Position numbers and translations under genes: made by a program. Positions 1 to 9,554 of a stretch of 63,549 nt of DNA are shown here, one piece after another. The stretch is taken from the IMG/VR virus record IMGVR_UViG_3300036861_000361, positions 1 to 63,549 of that record; one strand, given 5' to 3'. The notes under the pieces were generated by a model. That model did no database searches, was not told where the DNA came from, and worked only from the letters and a program-made list of their open reading frames with translations. Origin of the DNA: a virus. Its lineage: Duplodnaviria > Caudoviricetes. Position 1 is the stretch's first letter. Every line of letters begins with the position of its first letter.

Positions 1-121
1 TATCAAACGCAGAAGTCCATTCCCAGCATTGAGTCAAGGGATTAACAACAACTTTAGAAAAAATTCTAGTCAGTTCTTCTGTAGAAAGATGATCGACTAT
101 CAGGTATTCTGTGTTTGGCAT
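1..121 (-). CDS. HNH-family endonuclease, N-terminal part (runs off window start)
   Basis: Manual translation MPNTEYLIVDHLSTEELTRIFSKVVVNPLTQCWEWTSAFD aligns with the N-terminus of HNH 1878..2390 (EYLTVPHL...RIFSKI...CWE). Confidence 0.8.
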   Translation of the reverse strand, partial: MPNTEYLIVDHLSTEELTRIFSKVVVNPLTQCWEWTSAFD

Positions 122-123
122 GG

Positions 124-196
124 TCTGAAACTTAGCCTTTCAGATTGTGTTTGAGCCGTTGAGACGCTATCACGTTTTGGCGGCTCGTTTATTATA
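124..196 (-). promoter_or_regulatory. HNH leader: -10 box, conserved hairpin and RBS-covering hairpin
   Basis: TATAAT at 196-191 on minus; stem GAGCCGTT(153-160)/GGCGGCTC(179-186); stem TCTGAAA(124-130)/TTTCAGA(138-144) just before ATG. Confidence 0.55.
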
Positions 197-200
197 ACCT

Positions 201-1895
201 ATGACTTACGACTTGAGTATCATAATTCCCGCGAGAAACGAGGTCTACTATGAGATAGACCTATTGGCAAACACTGTCGCAAATGTTCTTGAAAATACGA
301 GTGACAGAACTGAAGTAATTTGTATTTTAGACGGATACCATCCCCCACAGCCTTTACCTGTCAGTCCTCGCGTTACCGTTATTCACCACAGCAAAAGTAT
401 TGGTCAAAGGGCCGCAACCAACGAAGGGGCGCGAATCTCCAGAGCCAAGTATGTTTGCAAGTTAGATGCCCATAGCGCGATTGGGAAAGGCTTTGATGAG
501 ATAATGATGGCGGATATGCAGCATCATTGGACGATGGTTCCATTGCAATATAACCTACTTTGTTATGAGTGGAAGTGCAAGAAGTGCGGCTGGATCAAAG
601 ACCAGTCACCGAAGCCCCAGAAGTGTGCCAAGTGCGACTCACAATTTCTGAAGCAAGTCACCATCTGGAAACCCCGCGACGGCAAGGAAGGCCGACGCAA
701 CACACCTACTCACTCATGGCGTTTCGACAGCAACCTTGAGTTTCAATACTGGGGTCAATTTGCCTCGGATAAGAATTATTGTGACAAGCATAAGATTCTT
801 TATCGTCCCGAGCAGCAGGGTGACATACACGACACCATGAGTCTCCTTGGTGCATGTTGGATGATGGAGCGGGAGCGGTATTGGGAATTGGATGGGTTAG
901 ATGAGCGTATGGGATCATGGGGTCAGATGGGGACGGAGTTGGCGCTAAAAACGTGGCTCTCAGGTGGCGAGTTGAAAGTGAATAAGAAGACGTGGTTTGC
1001 TCACTTCTTCCGCGTCGGTGGTATTGGCTTCCCCTATGAGGGTGGTGGTCACAAGGAACGTGCGATGGCGAGGTGCAGAGAAATCTGGTTGAAAGACCAA
1101 TGGCCCAAGGCTGTTCATCCGCTGTCATGGCTCATCAAGAAGTTTGCGCCGGTGCCGGATTGGCCTGACGTGAAACCAACCAAGACAGCGTTGTACTATA
1201 CCTGCAACTCCCACGATGAGACTCTGGAATTGGCTGCCCGCAACAACTTGAAAGCTGCAACTAATGGTCACGAACTTGGTTGTGTCGCTCGTCAGCGTAC
1301 TGAGTTCGGTGATTGGAGCATTATAGTTGATCGTGAGAAGTCCGGCACTACGATGCACTATCAGATACTGGAGGGATTGCGCCGGTCAACAGCCAAGTAC
1401 GTGTTCCTGTGCGAGAGTGATGTGTTTTATCACCCATCCCATTTCGACTTCACGCCCCCCGACGATTCAGTGATCTACTACAATACCAACGTATGGCGCA
1501 TCCGCTATAGCGACGGCCACGCAGTCCGCACTGACGACTTGCAACAAGTAAGTGGCATCTGTGCCAATCGTGAGTTGCTGCTCGACCACTACCGTCGCCG
1601 CATCGAAATGATCCAGGCCAATGGTGACGTGTTCGACGTGAAGTGCATGGCCTATGAACCTGGCACGCGGGGCAAGTTTGGTGACGAAAAGATAGCCAAC
1701 TGGCAGTCACCATATCCCAACATTGATGTCACCGGACATGGGCAGACGTTGACCAAGCCGAAATTCTCTGTAGACGAATTCCGCAACAAGAAATTTGCGC
1801 AGGGTTGGCAGGAGACGGACGAGGAAATTCCGGGTTGGGGCAAACTTAGCGGTCGGATTCAGGAGTTTCTTATTGGCCTAGCTGGCGAGTCTTAG
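201..1895 (+). CDS. Two-domain glycosyltransferase: GT-A/ppGalNAc-T-like domain with CxxC..CxxC insert, plus second GT-A-like domain
   Basis: SIIIPARNE, KLDAH (DxH), WGQMGTELALKTWLSGG..FAHFFR; second domain YVFLCESDVFYHP. Confidence 0.85.
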   Translation: MTYDLSIIIPARNEVYYEIDLLANTVANVLENTSDRTEVICILDGYHPPQPLPVSPRVTVIHHSKSIGQRAATNEGARISRAKYVCKLDAHSAIGKGFDEIMMADMQHHWTMVPLQYNLLCYEWKCKKCGWIKDQSPKPQKCAKCDSQFLKQVTIWKPRDGKEGRRNTPTHSWRFDSNLEFQYWGQFASDKNYCDKHKILYRPEQQGDIHDTMSLLGACWMMERERYWELDGLDERMGSWGQMGTELALKTWLSGGELKVNKKTWFAHFFRVGGIGFPYEGGGHKERAMARCREIWLKDQWPKAVHPLSWLIKKFAPVPDWPDVKPTKTALYYTCNSHDETLELAARNNLKAATNGHELGCVARQRTEFGDWSIIVDREKSGTTMHYQILEGLRRSTAKYVFLCESDVFYHPSHFDFTPPDDSVIYYNTNVWRIRYSDGHAVRTDDLQQVSGICANRELLLDHYRRRIEMIQANGDVFDVKCMAYEPGTRGKFGDEKIANWQSPYPNIDVTGHGQTLTKPKFSVDEFRNKKFAQGWQETDEEIPGWGKLSGRIQEFLIGLAGES

Positions 1896-2390
1896 GCTCT
1901 CTCGACAGGGTCGAGGCGGTCTACGCGACTCAATTTCTAGCTGGCATGGGATGCAACGCCGCCGCGAGCGACCCTTTGAATGCCTGTTAGGTTCCGCGGG
2001 TAATGGGTGTCCGTTCACGCAATGAGTCTTCTTTGCGTTAATAGCTATTGGGCTATTTCCTCGAAGGCAATTTTCTTTTGTTGTCACTAAGTTTAAGTGC
2101 GCAGGGTTACAACATCGGGGGTTGCTGCATACAACGTGGTCTAATTCTAGCCAGTTATCTTTAATCTCTCCACGTTTTCTGCGTTGGAGTGGTTGTACTG
2201 CCCAAGCGTAAAGCAGTCGATGTAGTAGTTCTGTCCGGCCCTTATGGCCCACCTTGCCGTAACCTTGGCGATTTAGATTGGTAAACCGCTCCCAACACCC
2301 AGTCTTCCTATTGATATGGATTTTAGAAAAGATTCTTTTTATTTGTTTTGTGTTAAGATGCGGAACGGTGAGATACTCTTTGTCAGTCAA
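1878..2390 (-). CDS. Free-standing HNH homing endonuclease
   Basis: GYG..HR..ELDH..C.N..CCNPAHL..EN and KTHCVNGH tail; probable TTG start at 2390 after GGAGG. Confidence 0.88.
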   Translation of the reverse strand: MTDKEYLTVPHLNTKQIKRIFSKIHINRKTGCWERFTNLNRQGYGKVGHKGRTELLHRLLYAWAVQPLQRRKRGEIKDNWLELDHVVCSNPRCCNPAHLNLVTTKENCLRGNSPIAINAKKTHCVNGHPLPAEPNRHSKGRSRRRCIPCQLEIESRRPPRPCRESLRLAS

Positions 2391-2396
2391 TGGCGT

Positions 2397-2475
2397 AACC
2401 TCCTGCAAGGTTTCGGTGTTGATGAGAGCCGTTTGGGAACTATTTTCTTGGGCGGCTCGTCAAACTATTGTAGCA
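2397..2475 (-). promoter_or_regulatory. HNH leader: extended -10, conserved hairpin and RBS-covering hairpin
   Basis: TGCTACAAT (2475-2467); stem GAGCCGTT(2426-2433)/GGCGGCTC(2451-2458); AACCT/AGGTT stem over GGAGG. Confidence 0.55.
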
Positions 2476-2640
2476 TAAAGAGTGGTTGGGAGAACTAGTC
2501 AATGGAACAGCAGAAATCAAGTGACCCAACTCCTAGCACGGTGCGCCGCTCCACTGATGAGCCTGACGCGCTGGATACCACTCCGACCAGTGAGCCGATG
2601 GTAGACCAACCGCCACCGGCAGACGACAACGAGGACACGG

Positions 2641-3033
2641 ATGAGTGAAGAATGCTTGGATGAAATTACGGAGCGGTCGTCAAGCACTGTGACGGTCAGC
2701 TTCTTTGACGAGGATGGCAATGCTGTCACTCCCGATGCTGCCACCTATCGCATTGATGTCCCCGTATCTCGCACCAGCATTCTCCCGGCCACAACGTTTC
2801 CATCACTTAGTACAGCGGTTGACTTGGAAATCACTTCTGACCAGAATCGTGTTGTTAAGGAACGCCAGCCCTCCGAGGTGCATGAAGTGACGATTGAATT
2901 CGATTACACTGCTATCAGTGGCCCAAAGCACGGCACTGCTCGTTACCGTTATCGCATCATCAACCTTTACGGCGTGACCACTGTGCCGAGCGCATCAGTG
3001 AGTCCGTCCAGTTCAACCAGTCCGTCAGTGTGA
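2641..3033 (+). CDS. Probable virion protein with C-terminal Ser/Pro tag
   Basis: Beta-rich 130 aa ending [16 protein letters not shown]; upstream of portal. Confidence 0.6.
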   Translation: MSEECLDEITERSSSTVTVSFFDEDGNAVTPDAATYRIDVPVSRTSILPATTFPSLSTAVDLEITSDQNRVVKERQPSEVHEVTIEFDYTAISGPKHGTARYRYRIINLYGVTTVPSASVSPSSSTSPSV

Positions 3034-3042
3034 GGTGCAAAT

Positions 3043-3207
3043 ATGGTTTCATTATCGTTAATCGTTTGCCTTGTTGGCCTGTTACTCTATATTGTTAGCA
3101 GCGAGAAGACGCGGCGACAGTTGTGCGAGGATGTAGGCCGCATCCTGTTTGCCGCTGCTGCGCTCGCAGTGTTAATCGTGTGGGCCACTAAAGTTATCTA
3201 TCCATGA
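3043..3207 (+). CDS. Small two-TM membrane protein (not in ORF track)
   Basis: GAGGT RBS; MVSLSLIVCLVGLLLYIV...ILFAAAALAVLIVW. Confidence 0.6.
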   Translation: MVSLSLIVCLVGLLLYIVSSEKTRRQLCEDVGRILFAAAALAVLIVWATKVIYP

Positions 3208-3216
3208 GGAGGATAT

Positions 3217-3360
3217 ATGGCTGAACCTGAGAAACCCGTACTCCCTGACGATCTCAACTACGGCGACATTTCTGGCCCGCATGACTGCGCCGTATTGGCA
3301 CGAGCCAGCAAGGAACAATGTGAGGCTCGCATAAAAGAAATTGATGAGGGTACTGAGTGA
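3217..3360 (+). CDS. Small hypothetical protein
   Basis: GAGGAGG RBS; stop overlaps portal start (GTGA). Confidence 0.55.
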   Translation: MAEPEKPVLPDDLNYGDISGPHDCAVLARASKEQCEARIKEIDEGTE

Positions 3361-4967
3361 AGCCTTTCGACAAGTTCACCTACGATGACGCCGCCCAGTT
3401 GCTCGGCCCCCATGTGCCGCAGGATGGTACACGGGATTTCCCATCTACCAATAAGAGACGCCCATCCACCGCGATAGCCGCTACTCAGTTCTACAGTGGA
3501 GACCACTGGCAAAACTCCCGTGGTTTCATCGGTCAACTTCCCCCCGCATCTCTGCCGGGGGCGTCTCAGATTTTAGCTGACATCGAGGCGGGGTTTGTCT
3601 CGGAGAACGTTATCCAAGAGATTGTCGAGACACACAAGGGAGGCATACTCGGGCGTGAACCTGCGTGGTCGTTTTTGAAAGCGGGTGTGAAGTTGGGTTC
3701 TAAGCCCACTGACACCGACCGTGACCAGGAGACAGGTGATACGCTGACTCCCTGGTGGAATGAGCGGCAGGCACTGAGAGACTTTCAGAAGGCTTTGACC
3801 ACGCTGCTGTGCGAGGGGCTGGTTGTCCGTCGTCTCTTCTTCCCTCGGGGACTACTGAAGCAAGGCAATCGCATCAGCGCCACCGATATTGCGAAGGCGC
3901 TCGACTTCATCTACTTCCAGACCATCACTGCCGACAAAGCCGGAGTATTCATCAATCCTGAGACGCAGAAGCAAATCGGCATCTTCCTGTTCGAGCAAAA
4001 AGCTGCGGACGATACTGTTATTGCTAATTGTGCTGAGTTGTCTTTCCTGAACGACAACGGCACCACCGCCTGCAAGGTCGTGAAGGACGAAGGCGCACCT
4101 GAAGAATTTGGCCCATACGAACTTGGGGGCCGCTTACTCATCTACGAACTCGACCGCCGCGCCATTATCACTGAGCAGGTACAATCCAGCCAACGCTGTC
4201 TCAACCTGGCCCACACCATGATGATGCGCAACGTGAACATGGCAGGGTCGCGGGAGCGCATGGTCTTCAACGCCAAGCCACCGGAGAACGTCCCCGGCCT
4301 TGATATTCCGCTGGGCAGCAAGAAGCGCACCCCCGGCACGCACAAGACCGGCCCCGGTGCCAATATGTATATCCAGGGTTGGCCCATATACAACGACGAT
4401 GGGACGAAGATAGTTGGCTACACCAATCCGAATGTCACTGTTACCGATCCTGTTCCTGTAGTTACTTTCAAGGAAACTATCGACACTGAGAAGCAGTCGA
4501 TTTACTCGCAGTGTCACCAGCGTCATGTACTGATTGTTGACAAGGCGGATACCAGTGGTCGGGCACGGGAGGTGGCACGCAGAGAATTTGAGCGTTCACT
4601 GAAAAAGACGAAGACCGTCATTGATGCCTGTGGACGTTGGCAATTGGAGACAGCATTGCGTCTTGCTGCTCAGGTTGCTGGTCAGGTCAGCAAATACGCC
4701 AAACTCCGCGCCGACTTCAACTGCATTGTTGATGCTGGCGAGGTTGATACTGAGAAGCAGAAGACTGTGATTGAAATGCGCAAACCCGGTGGGCCGGGAG
4801 CCAAGCCGCTTATCAGTGACGAGACAGCACGGGGCATGATCGGACTTGAAGATCCGGCAGCAGAGTTGGTGAAGATTGATCAGGAAGCAGCACTGCCTCC
4901 CGGTAAACCTGCACCATTGCAGCCTGACAAACCTGCTCAGCCCGATCAGCCGGAGATGGTGCAATAA
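3357..4967 (+). CDS. Portal protein
   Basis: 536 aa, FYSGDHWQ N-terminal motif, SGRARE motif, first large gene of head module. Confidence 0.75.
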   Translation: MKPFDKFTYDDAAQLLGPHVPQDGTRDFPSTNKRRPSTAIAATQFYSGDHWQNSRGFIGQLPPASLPGASQILADIEAGFVSENVIQEIVETHKGGILGREPAWSFLKAGVKLGSKPTDTDRDQETGDTLTPWWNERQALRDFQKALTTLLCEGLVVRRLFFPRGLLKQGNRISATDIAKALDFIYFQTITADKAGVFINPETQKQIGIFLFEQKAADDTVIANCAELSFLNDNGTTACKVVKDEGAPEEFGPYELGGRLLIYELDRRAIITEQVQSSQRCLNLAHTMMMRNVNMAGSRERMVFNAKPPENVPGLDIPLGSKKRTPGTHKTGPGANMYIQGWPIYNDDGTKIVGYTNPNVTVTDPVPVVTFKETIDTEKQSIYSQCHQRHVLIVDKADTSGRAREVARREFERSLKKTKTVIDACGRWQLETALRLAAQVAGQVSKYAKLRADFNCIVDAGEVDTEKQKTVIEMRKPGGPGAKPLISDETARGMIGLEDPAAELVKIDQEAALPPGKPAPLQPDKPAQPDQPEMVQ

Positions 4968-5134
4968 TGCCACTACCAAAAGCACGCAAAGGGAGTGGAA
5001 AGAAGGCACGCCAGCGGGTTGTGGGTAAAGTCATGCACGAGCTGAAGCACAGTGGCAAAAAGCGACCACGTAAGCAACGAATAGCTATTGCTCTCAAACA
5101 AGCTGGTCTTTCACGCAGGAGTCGCAGGAAATGA
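4967..5134 (+). CDS. Small highly basic protein, DUF6496-like (not in ORF track)
   Basis: MPLPKARKGSGKKARQRVVGKVMHELKHSGKKRPRKQRIAIALKQAGLSRRSRRK; coupled to portal stop. Confidence 0.65.
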   Translation: MPLPKARKGSGKKARQRVVGKVMHELKHSGKKRPRKQRIAIALKQAGLSRRSRRK

Positions 5135-5331
5135 GTGCTGTTGTCCCGATTCTTGATGTAAAACCCAGGCGTTATATCCGCTCTCCGCGAGTCGTAAATG
5201 TCCGTGAACTTAGCGAAGACAACTACCTTGTGACCGATCTCAATGACCAGAAAGACTACGAGTATGTCATCAGCAAAAAGGTGCTGGACAGGGAATTCAA
5301 GGAGATAGAACCGAGTGTCAGCCCAGGTTAA
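5131..5331 (+). CDS. Hypothetical protein
   Basis: ATGA coupling, AGGAG upstream. Confidence 0.55.
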   Translation: MSAVVPILDVKPRRYIRSPRVVNVRELSEDNYLVTDLNDQKDYEYVISKKVLDREFKEIEPSVSPG

Positions 5332-5512
5332 AGTGATTAAATCAGTTGACGTGCAACCAAACTGTGATACCATCGCCCCGGTTGACAGGGATTTTTGGAT
5401 GTCCATTCGGCATGCGCTCCTGATGCAACTGGCAACTATTGAGAAGAAATTAGGCATCAGTCGCCGCTGTCCACATTGTGGAAATGACGTGCGGCAGCAG
5501 CGTTTGACTTGA
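5315..5512 (+). CDS. Hypothetical protein with CPHC
   Basis: Overlapping run of + ORFs. Confidence 0.5.
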   Translation: MSAQVKVIKSVDVQPNCDTIAPVDRDFWMSIRHALLMQLATIEKKLGISRRCPHCGNDVRQQRLT

Positions 5513-5534
5513 GATGTACGGGTAGTAGAAACAG

Positions 5535-5582
5535 CCCGCTGTTGGAATTGATTCGTCAGTTCCAGTGGCGGGTTTTTCTTTT
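5535..5582 (+). terminator. Rho-independent terminator-like hairpin
   Basis: CCCGCTGTTGGAATTGA-TTCG-TCAGTTCCAGTGGCGGG followed by TTTTTCTTTT. Confidence 0.7.
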
Positions 5583-5602
5583 GTATACACATCGGAGAAA
5601 CG

Positions 5603-5914
5603 ATGCAGCCTGTTAGTCCAGTGATTCCCGGCGTTGACGCTACCGAAGTTATTTACGCCGCCGATCAGCCACAGTATCGACCGCTCCCAGCTCTACGCTG
5701 TCTCGACGGAACGATACTGACGCGATGGGAATTCACCGAAGAGGAAAAGCAACAAGTGCTTGAGCAGGGCTACATCTACCTCGCGGTAAATACTTTTAAC
5801 ATGCCCCTTCAGCCAGTGATTATCATGGTAACAGCACCTGATATATCAAAAGCTGAGTACGTGGAAATGCCAGAAGGCACTGAAGGCTTTAGCGAGTTCC
5901 GAAACATAAACTAA
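5603..5914 (+). CDS. Hypothetical protein
   Basis: GGAG RBS; DQPQYRPLP motif seen in phage hypotheticals. Confidence 0.65.
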   Translation: MQPVSPVIPGVDATEVIYAADQPQYRPLPALRCLDGTILTRWEFTEEEKQQVLEQGYIYLAVNTFNMPLQPVIIMVTAPDISKAEYVEMPEGTEGFSEFRNIN

Positions 5915-5954
5915 CCAACCCGCGAGACAGCGGAACAGAGAGGCCAGACAGCCA

Positions 5955-6683
5955 ATGCTGAAAATTTACGACAAGCTCGAAGATGTGCCGGAAGCACTGC
6001 GCGAGCATTACAAGCTGATCGAGGGGAAGTATGTTGCTGAGGTAACAGATGACCATCCGATTAAACTCAACAACGTCAAGTTGCTCAATGAAAAGACCAC
6101 TGCTGAGACAAAGGCCAGTGGTCTTGAAACTGCCAACGCGGGACTGAAAGCCGACCTTGAAAGTGCCAAGTCTCACAGCCTGCCGCGTGGACACCGGGCA
6201 GTTCCGGTAGCTGAGGTTGAAGCTGCGGAGAAGCTCAAAGAACATGGCACAGCAGCGGAGATCGTCACCAAGCTCACCGAGCACAAGACCCTGAGCGAAA
6301 AGGTCGCGGCCCAGGAGCGTGAGACCAACCTGCGCCTGGTCGCCAAGGAACTCGGCTACAACGCTGATGCCTTCGTGCTGCTTCCCAATCTACCGGACAT
6401 GGAGATTCGAGAGAAGGATGGCAAGAAGACGGTGGTAGCCAAGGTCAAGGAAGGTGAGACAGTCACGGAGAAACCTGCGGCTGAGTTTGTCGAGGCATCC
6501 TATAGTGTCTTCCTGCCTTCGTTGAAAGCGGAGCAAGGTGTCAAAGTCCTCGGCTCGGCCAGTGATGAGGGAACTACCGCTGACCCATTCAAGTGGGCCA
6601 AGGACTTCAGCAAAGATTACGTCGAGCAATCCAAGCCTGTTGCCGATCCGTTTGCGGCATTTAATCAAAGACAGTCAGCCTGA
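5955..6683 (+). CDS. Capsid scaffolding protein
   Basis: LEDVPEALREHY..GKY N-terminus, coiled-coil, position before capsid genes. Confidence 0.75.
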   Translation: MLKIYDKLEDVPEALREHYKLIEGKYVAEVTDDHPIKLNNVKLLNEKTTAETKASGLETANAGLKADLESAKSHSLPRGHRAVPVAEVEAAEKLKEHGTAAEIVTKLTEHKTLSEKVAAQERETNLRLVAKELGYNADAFVLLPNLPDMEIREKDGKKTVVAKVKEGETVTEKPAAEFVEASYSVFLPSLKAEQGVKVLGSASDEGTTADPFKWAKDFSKDYVEQSKPVADPFAAFNQRQSA

Positions 6684-6695
6684 GGAGATTAACCC

Positions 6696-7109
6696 ATGCC
6701 AATGAGAGTTCAGAAAACAGCCGGGGACACCACTTATGGCCCGGTATTTCTCGGTGAGATTCTTGCGATGGAGCAAGTCCTCATTGATGTCAGCGAGTTG
6801 ACAACCGACGAGGTGGACGCAGACGGCTGGCTAAAACCCGGTGTCCCATTCAAGCAGGACGGCACGCTGGCTGACGGCAGTGGTTGCATCTACGCTGTCA
6901 ATCCTGAGCCACAGGACTTGATGCTCGCAACCGTGCCACCGACCAATGGTAGCTTGGCTGCGGATACCAAGACGTTCCCGCTGGGCATGGGCACTATGGG
7001 CACTGTCAACCGCGACATCATCGAGGACAACCTTGGCCGTGCTCTAACTGGCAACGAGATAACCGCGTTTGCCGCTGCGCCCTGCAAAATCAACTTGACA
7101 CTAACCTAA
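6696..7109 (+). CDS. Head decoration / capsid cement protein
   Basis: 137 aa between scaffold and major capsid; LKPGVP motif. Confidence 0.6.
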   Translation: MPMRVQKTAGDTTYGPVFLGEILAMEQVLIDVSELTTDEVDADGWLKPGVPFKQDGTLADGSGCIYAVNPEPQDLMLATVPPTNGSLAADTKTFPLGMGTMGTVNRDIIEDNLGRALTGNEITAFAAAPCKINLTLT

Positions 7110-7119
7110 AGGAGACGCG

Positions 7120-8169
7120 ATGAGATCACTTATTCCATTAGTTCAGGAGTTGTCGCCCGCGTCTCTGACTGTAGTGGCGCAAACAATATCCCAAGGCAAC
7201 ACCGGCAGGCTGCGGTGGCCCATATTCTTTCCACGACAGAATGTGGATTCCATCGACCTGCGGGAAGTCACCACTATCGACTTTCGCCCGGTGTCGGACA
7301 GACGCGAGTGGAACTCCCGAGGCCGGTTGATTCCCGATATCACCCCGCCAATCCGCGAGCTGAGCATGATCCCGGTTGAGGGTTACTACAAGTGGGATGA
7401 ATACGAGATTCAGAAACTCAGCGAGCGGGCACTGGCGAATTCGGAGATCATCAACCAGATTCTCGGTCGCTCCATTCCTGGCAAGGTGGCCCAGATTGTT
7501 GAAGCCAACGACCGCCGTATCGAGGTGGATGCGTTCACCGCTTGGGCAACCGGCACCAACGTTGCCAAGAACCCGCAGACAGGTCAGACCCACACGGTCA
7601 GCTACGGCTTCCCGAGTGATCGTCTTACTACAGCGGGCACCGCGTGGGACGATCCCGGTGAGAACGCCTATGACCTACTTATCAGCTTCCTTGAAGACGC
7701 CGCTGACAAGATTGGCCCAGTGACAGGCGTGGTGCTCAGAACCGCGCTGCATCGCGCTATCCATGCCGACGCGCCCAATGGCCCACTTGGCACAATCATC
7801 CCGCGTGGACGGTTGGCTGAAGCAGTCAGCGACACCCTCGGCATCCCGTTCAACTTCTTCCTGTTCGATGACACGCTCGACGTGTTCAACGACGGCGGCA
7901 CCGCAACCACATCGACCAACGTGTGGCCTGCTGGCTACATTGCGGCAGTCCCATCCGGTGGCGTGGTTGGACGCACGGTGTTTGCTCCCGTGGTACGCGC
8001 AATGGAAATTGCTCGTGCCTCAGGCAGCCCCGGCATCGATCAGCGTGGGCAGACTGTCTACTACCAGGAATCGGTGATGGGCCGCGACTTGACTGTAGAA
8101 GTGCAGGTCAACCCGTTCACCATTCCCAATGAGCAAAAATTGAGAGTGGAAAACACACTCGTCACCTAA
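7120..8169 (+). CDS. Major capsid protein (lambda gpE-like layout)
   Basis: 349 aa, AAGGAG RBS, IFFP..RRIE..W motifs, follows decoration gene. Confidence 0.8.
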   Translation: MRSLIPLVQELSPASLTVVAQTISQGNTGRLRWPIFFPRQNVDSIDLREVTTIDFRPVSDRREWNSRGRLIPDITPPIRELSMIPVEGYYKWDEYEIQKLSERALANSEIINQILGRSIPGKVAQIVEANDRRIEVDAFTAWATGTNVAKNPQTGQTHTVSYGFPSDRLTTAGTAWDDPGENAYDLLISFLEDAADKIGPVTGVVLRTALHRAIHADAPNGPLGTIIPRGRLAEAVSDTLGIPFNFFLFDDTLDVFNDGGTATTSTNVWPAGYIAAVPSGGVVGRTVFAPVVRAMEIARASGSPGIDQRGQTVYYQESVMGRDLTVEVQVNPFTIPNEQKLRVENTLVT

Positions 8170-8180
8170 AGGAGCAACGC

Positions 8181-8384
8181 ATGAAGGACAATCGTGAGAT
8201 CGTACATGGTATCAGGGTAATGGTTGCCGCTCCCGAGGGACGGAAAACGCCACAGTCCAAGACGTTCTCCTCTGGCATGGAGGATGAACTGGCGGCTGAG
8301 TTCACTGATGCACAGTTGAAGGCAATGATGCAGCGCGGTGACATCACCGGCAACTGGAAATCGACCAAGGGCAAAGCCAAATAA
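8181..8384 (+). CDS. Hypothetical head-region protein
   Basis: AAGGAG RBS after capsid gene. Confidence 0.65.
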   Translation: MKDNREIVHGIRVMVAAPEGRKTPQSKTFSSGMEDELAAEFTDAQLKAMMQRGDITGNWKSTKGKAK

Positions 8385-8423
8385 CTTGCAGGGAAACCTG
8401 TCCCGGAAGCGGAGGTAGAGTTA

Positions 8424-8855
8424 ATGTGGTTTAGAAAAGAAAACAACCTGTTGATGCGGACGTATTCCAACAGTGGACGGACGTATGGTGCACTGCAACT
8501 GGGGATTGATGCAACAGGCAAGCGCATTGTCATTGGTACTACCACCGACTTGGTGCTGGATGGCAACTTTGCCAATGGCTCTGTATCGGCTTACGGCAAA
8601 GGATCGATAGCACTTGACCCCGCAGGCAGCATGCACGTTGTTGATGCCGATGGTTACTGGCAGACTCCGACGATCACGGCAGCCAGTCCAAGTGTGTCAC
8701 CGTCACATTCGGCATCCCCAAGTCACAGCACCAGCCCGAGTGTTTCACCGTCAACCAGTCCATCGAGAAGCCCGAGTGCGTCGGCAAGTCCGTCTGGGTC
8801 AGCCAGTCCATCCGGATCGGCATCACCCAGTCACTCTGCGAGTCCGAGTGCGTAA
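8424..8855 (+). CDS. Probable virion protein with ~56-aa C-terminal Ser/Pro tract
   Basis: GGAGG RBS; ends [19 protein letters not shown]...SPSHSASPSA. Confidence 0.7.
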   Translation: MWFRKENNLLMRTYSNSGRTYGALQLGIDATGKRIVIGTTTDLVLDGNFANGSVSAYGKGSIALDPAGSMHVVDADGYWQTPTITAASPSVSPSHSASPSHSTSPSVSPSTSPSRSPSASASPSGSASPSGSASPSHSASPSA

Positions 8856-8861
8856 TGAACC

Positions 8862-9194
8862 ATGCCTGAGCCGACACCGACAGATGAGGACATTGACTGG
8901 GTACGCGAGGTCACTGGGGAGAATGATGACAGCTTTATCAGTGGCCTGATTGACTCGCTCAACGATGCCCAGTGGGGCCGGGCACTGGATTTGACAACCG
9001 AATGGCAGAAGGTCACGGCAGGCGACCTGGTTGGTCTCAAGGGTGGTCGTGATGGCGTGGTACTCAGTGACCAGGAAGGTCTCAACGACATACGCGCTCG
9101 CATGCGGCTGCTATTGGGACTGCCGGAGTTCAGGAGCTTTGACATAACTGGTGGCCCAGCAACGATAGGAGTGAGAACGGAGTTTAGATGGTAG
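8862..9194 (+). CDS. Putative head-tail adaptor
   Basis: Size and synteny. Confidence 0.5.
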   Translation: MPEPTPTDEDIDWVREVTGENDDSFISGLIDSLNDAQWGRALDLTTEWQKVTAGDLVGLKGGRDGVVLSDQEGLNDIRARMRLLLGLPEFRSFDITGGPATIGVRTEFRW

Positions 9195-9554
9195 ATGAGT
9201 CGAGGAACCAAAATAGCCCGAGCACTCAGTCGCAGTCACGACAAGCTCCGCTCGATTTATCTCGAAGGGGTATGCTTGAAAACTCTGACGGGAGACCAGA
9301 ACAACCGCTCAGTTTCGGCTATCTACAGCACTCATTGGTATCTCGACAAGCGCGAGTATTCAGACGTTATAGCCGGGAAGAAGTTCAAGCGCCTCGTCAT
9401 TGATGACCTTGACGGGTGCCGGTTGCCAAAACTCAGGGAGATGACAGCAGTGCAGGTAGGAGACACGGTGTTCAAGTTTCACGCGAAGGACAGCTTCATT
9501 GGCTCAGTGCCAAGTTACGAGTTCAAGGTCTATCCTACTGGTGAGCGAATATGA
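9195..9554 (+). CDS. Putative head closure protein
   Basis: Size and synteny. Confidence 0.45.
   Translation: MSRGTKIARALSRSHDKLRSIYLEGVCLKTLTGDQNNRSVSAIYSTHWYLDKREYSDVIAGKKFKRLVIDDLDGCRLPKLREMTAVQVGDTVFKFHAKDSFIGSVPSYEFKVYPTGERI

Noticed and set aside
4813-5592. 259-aa minus ORF
   Set aside because: Overlaps several coupled + genes and a terminator; no motifs
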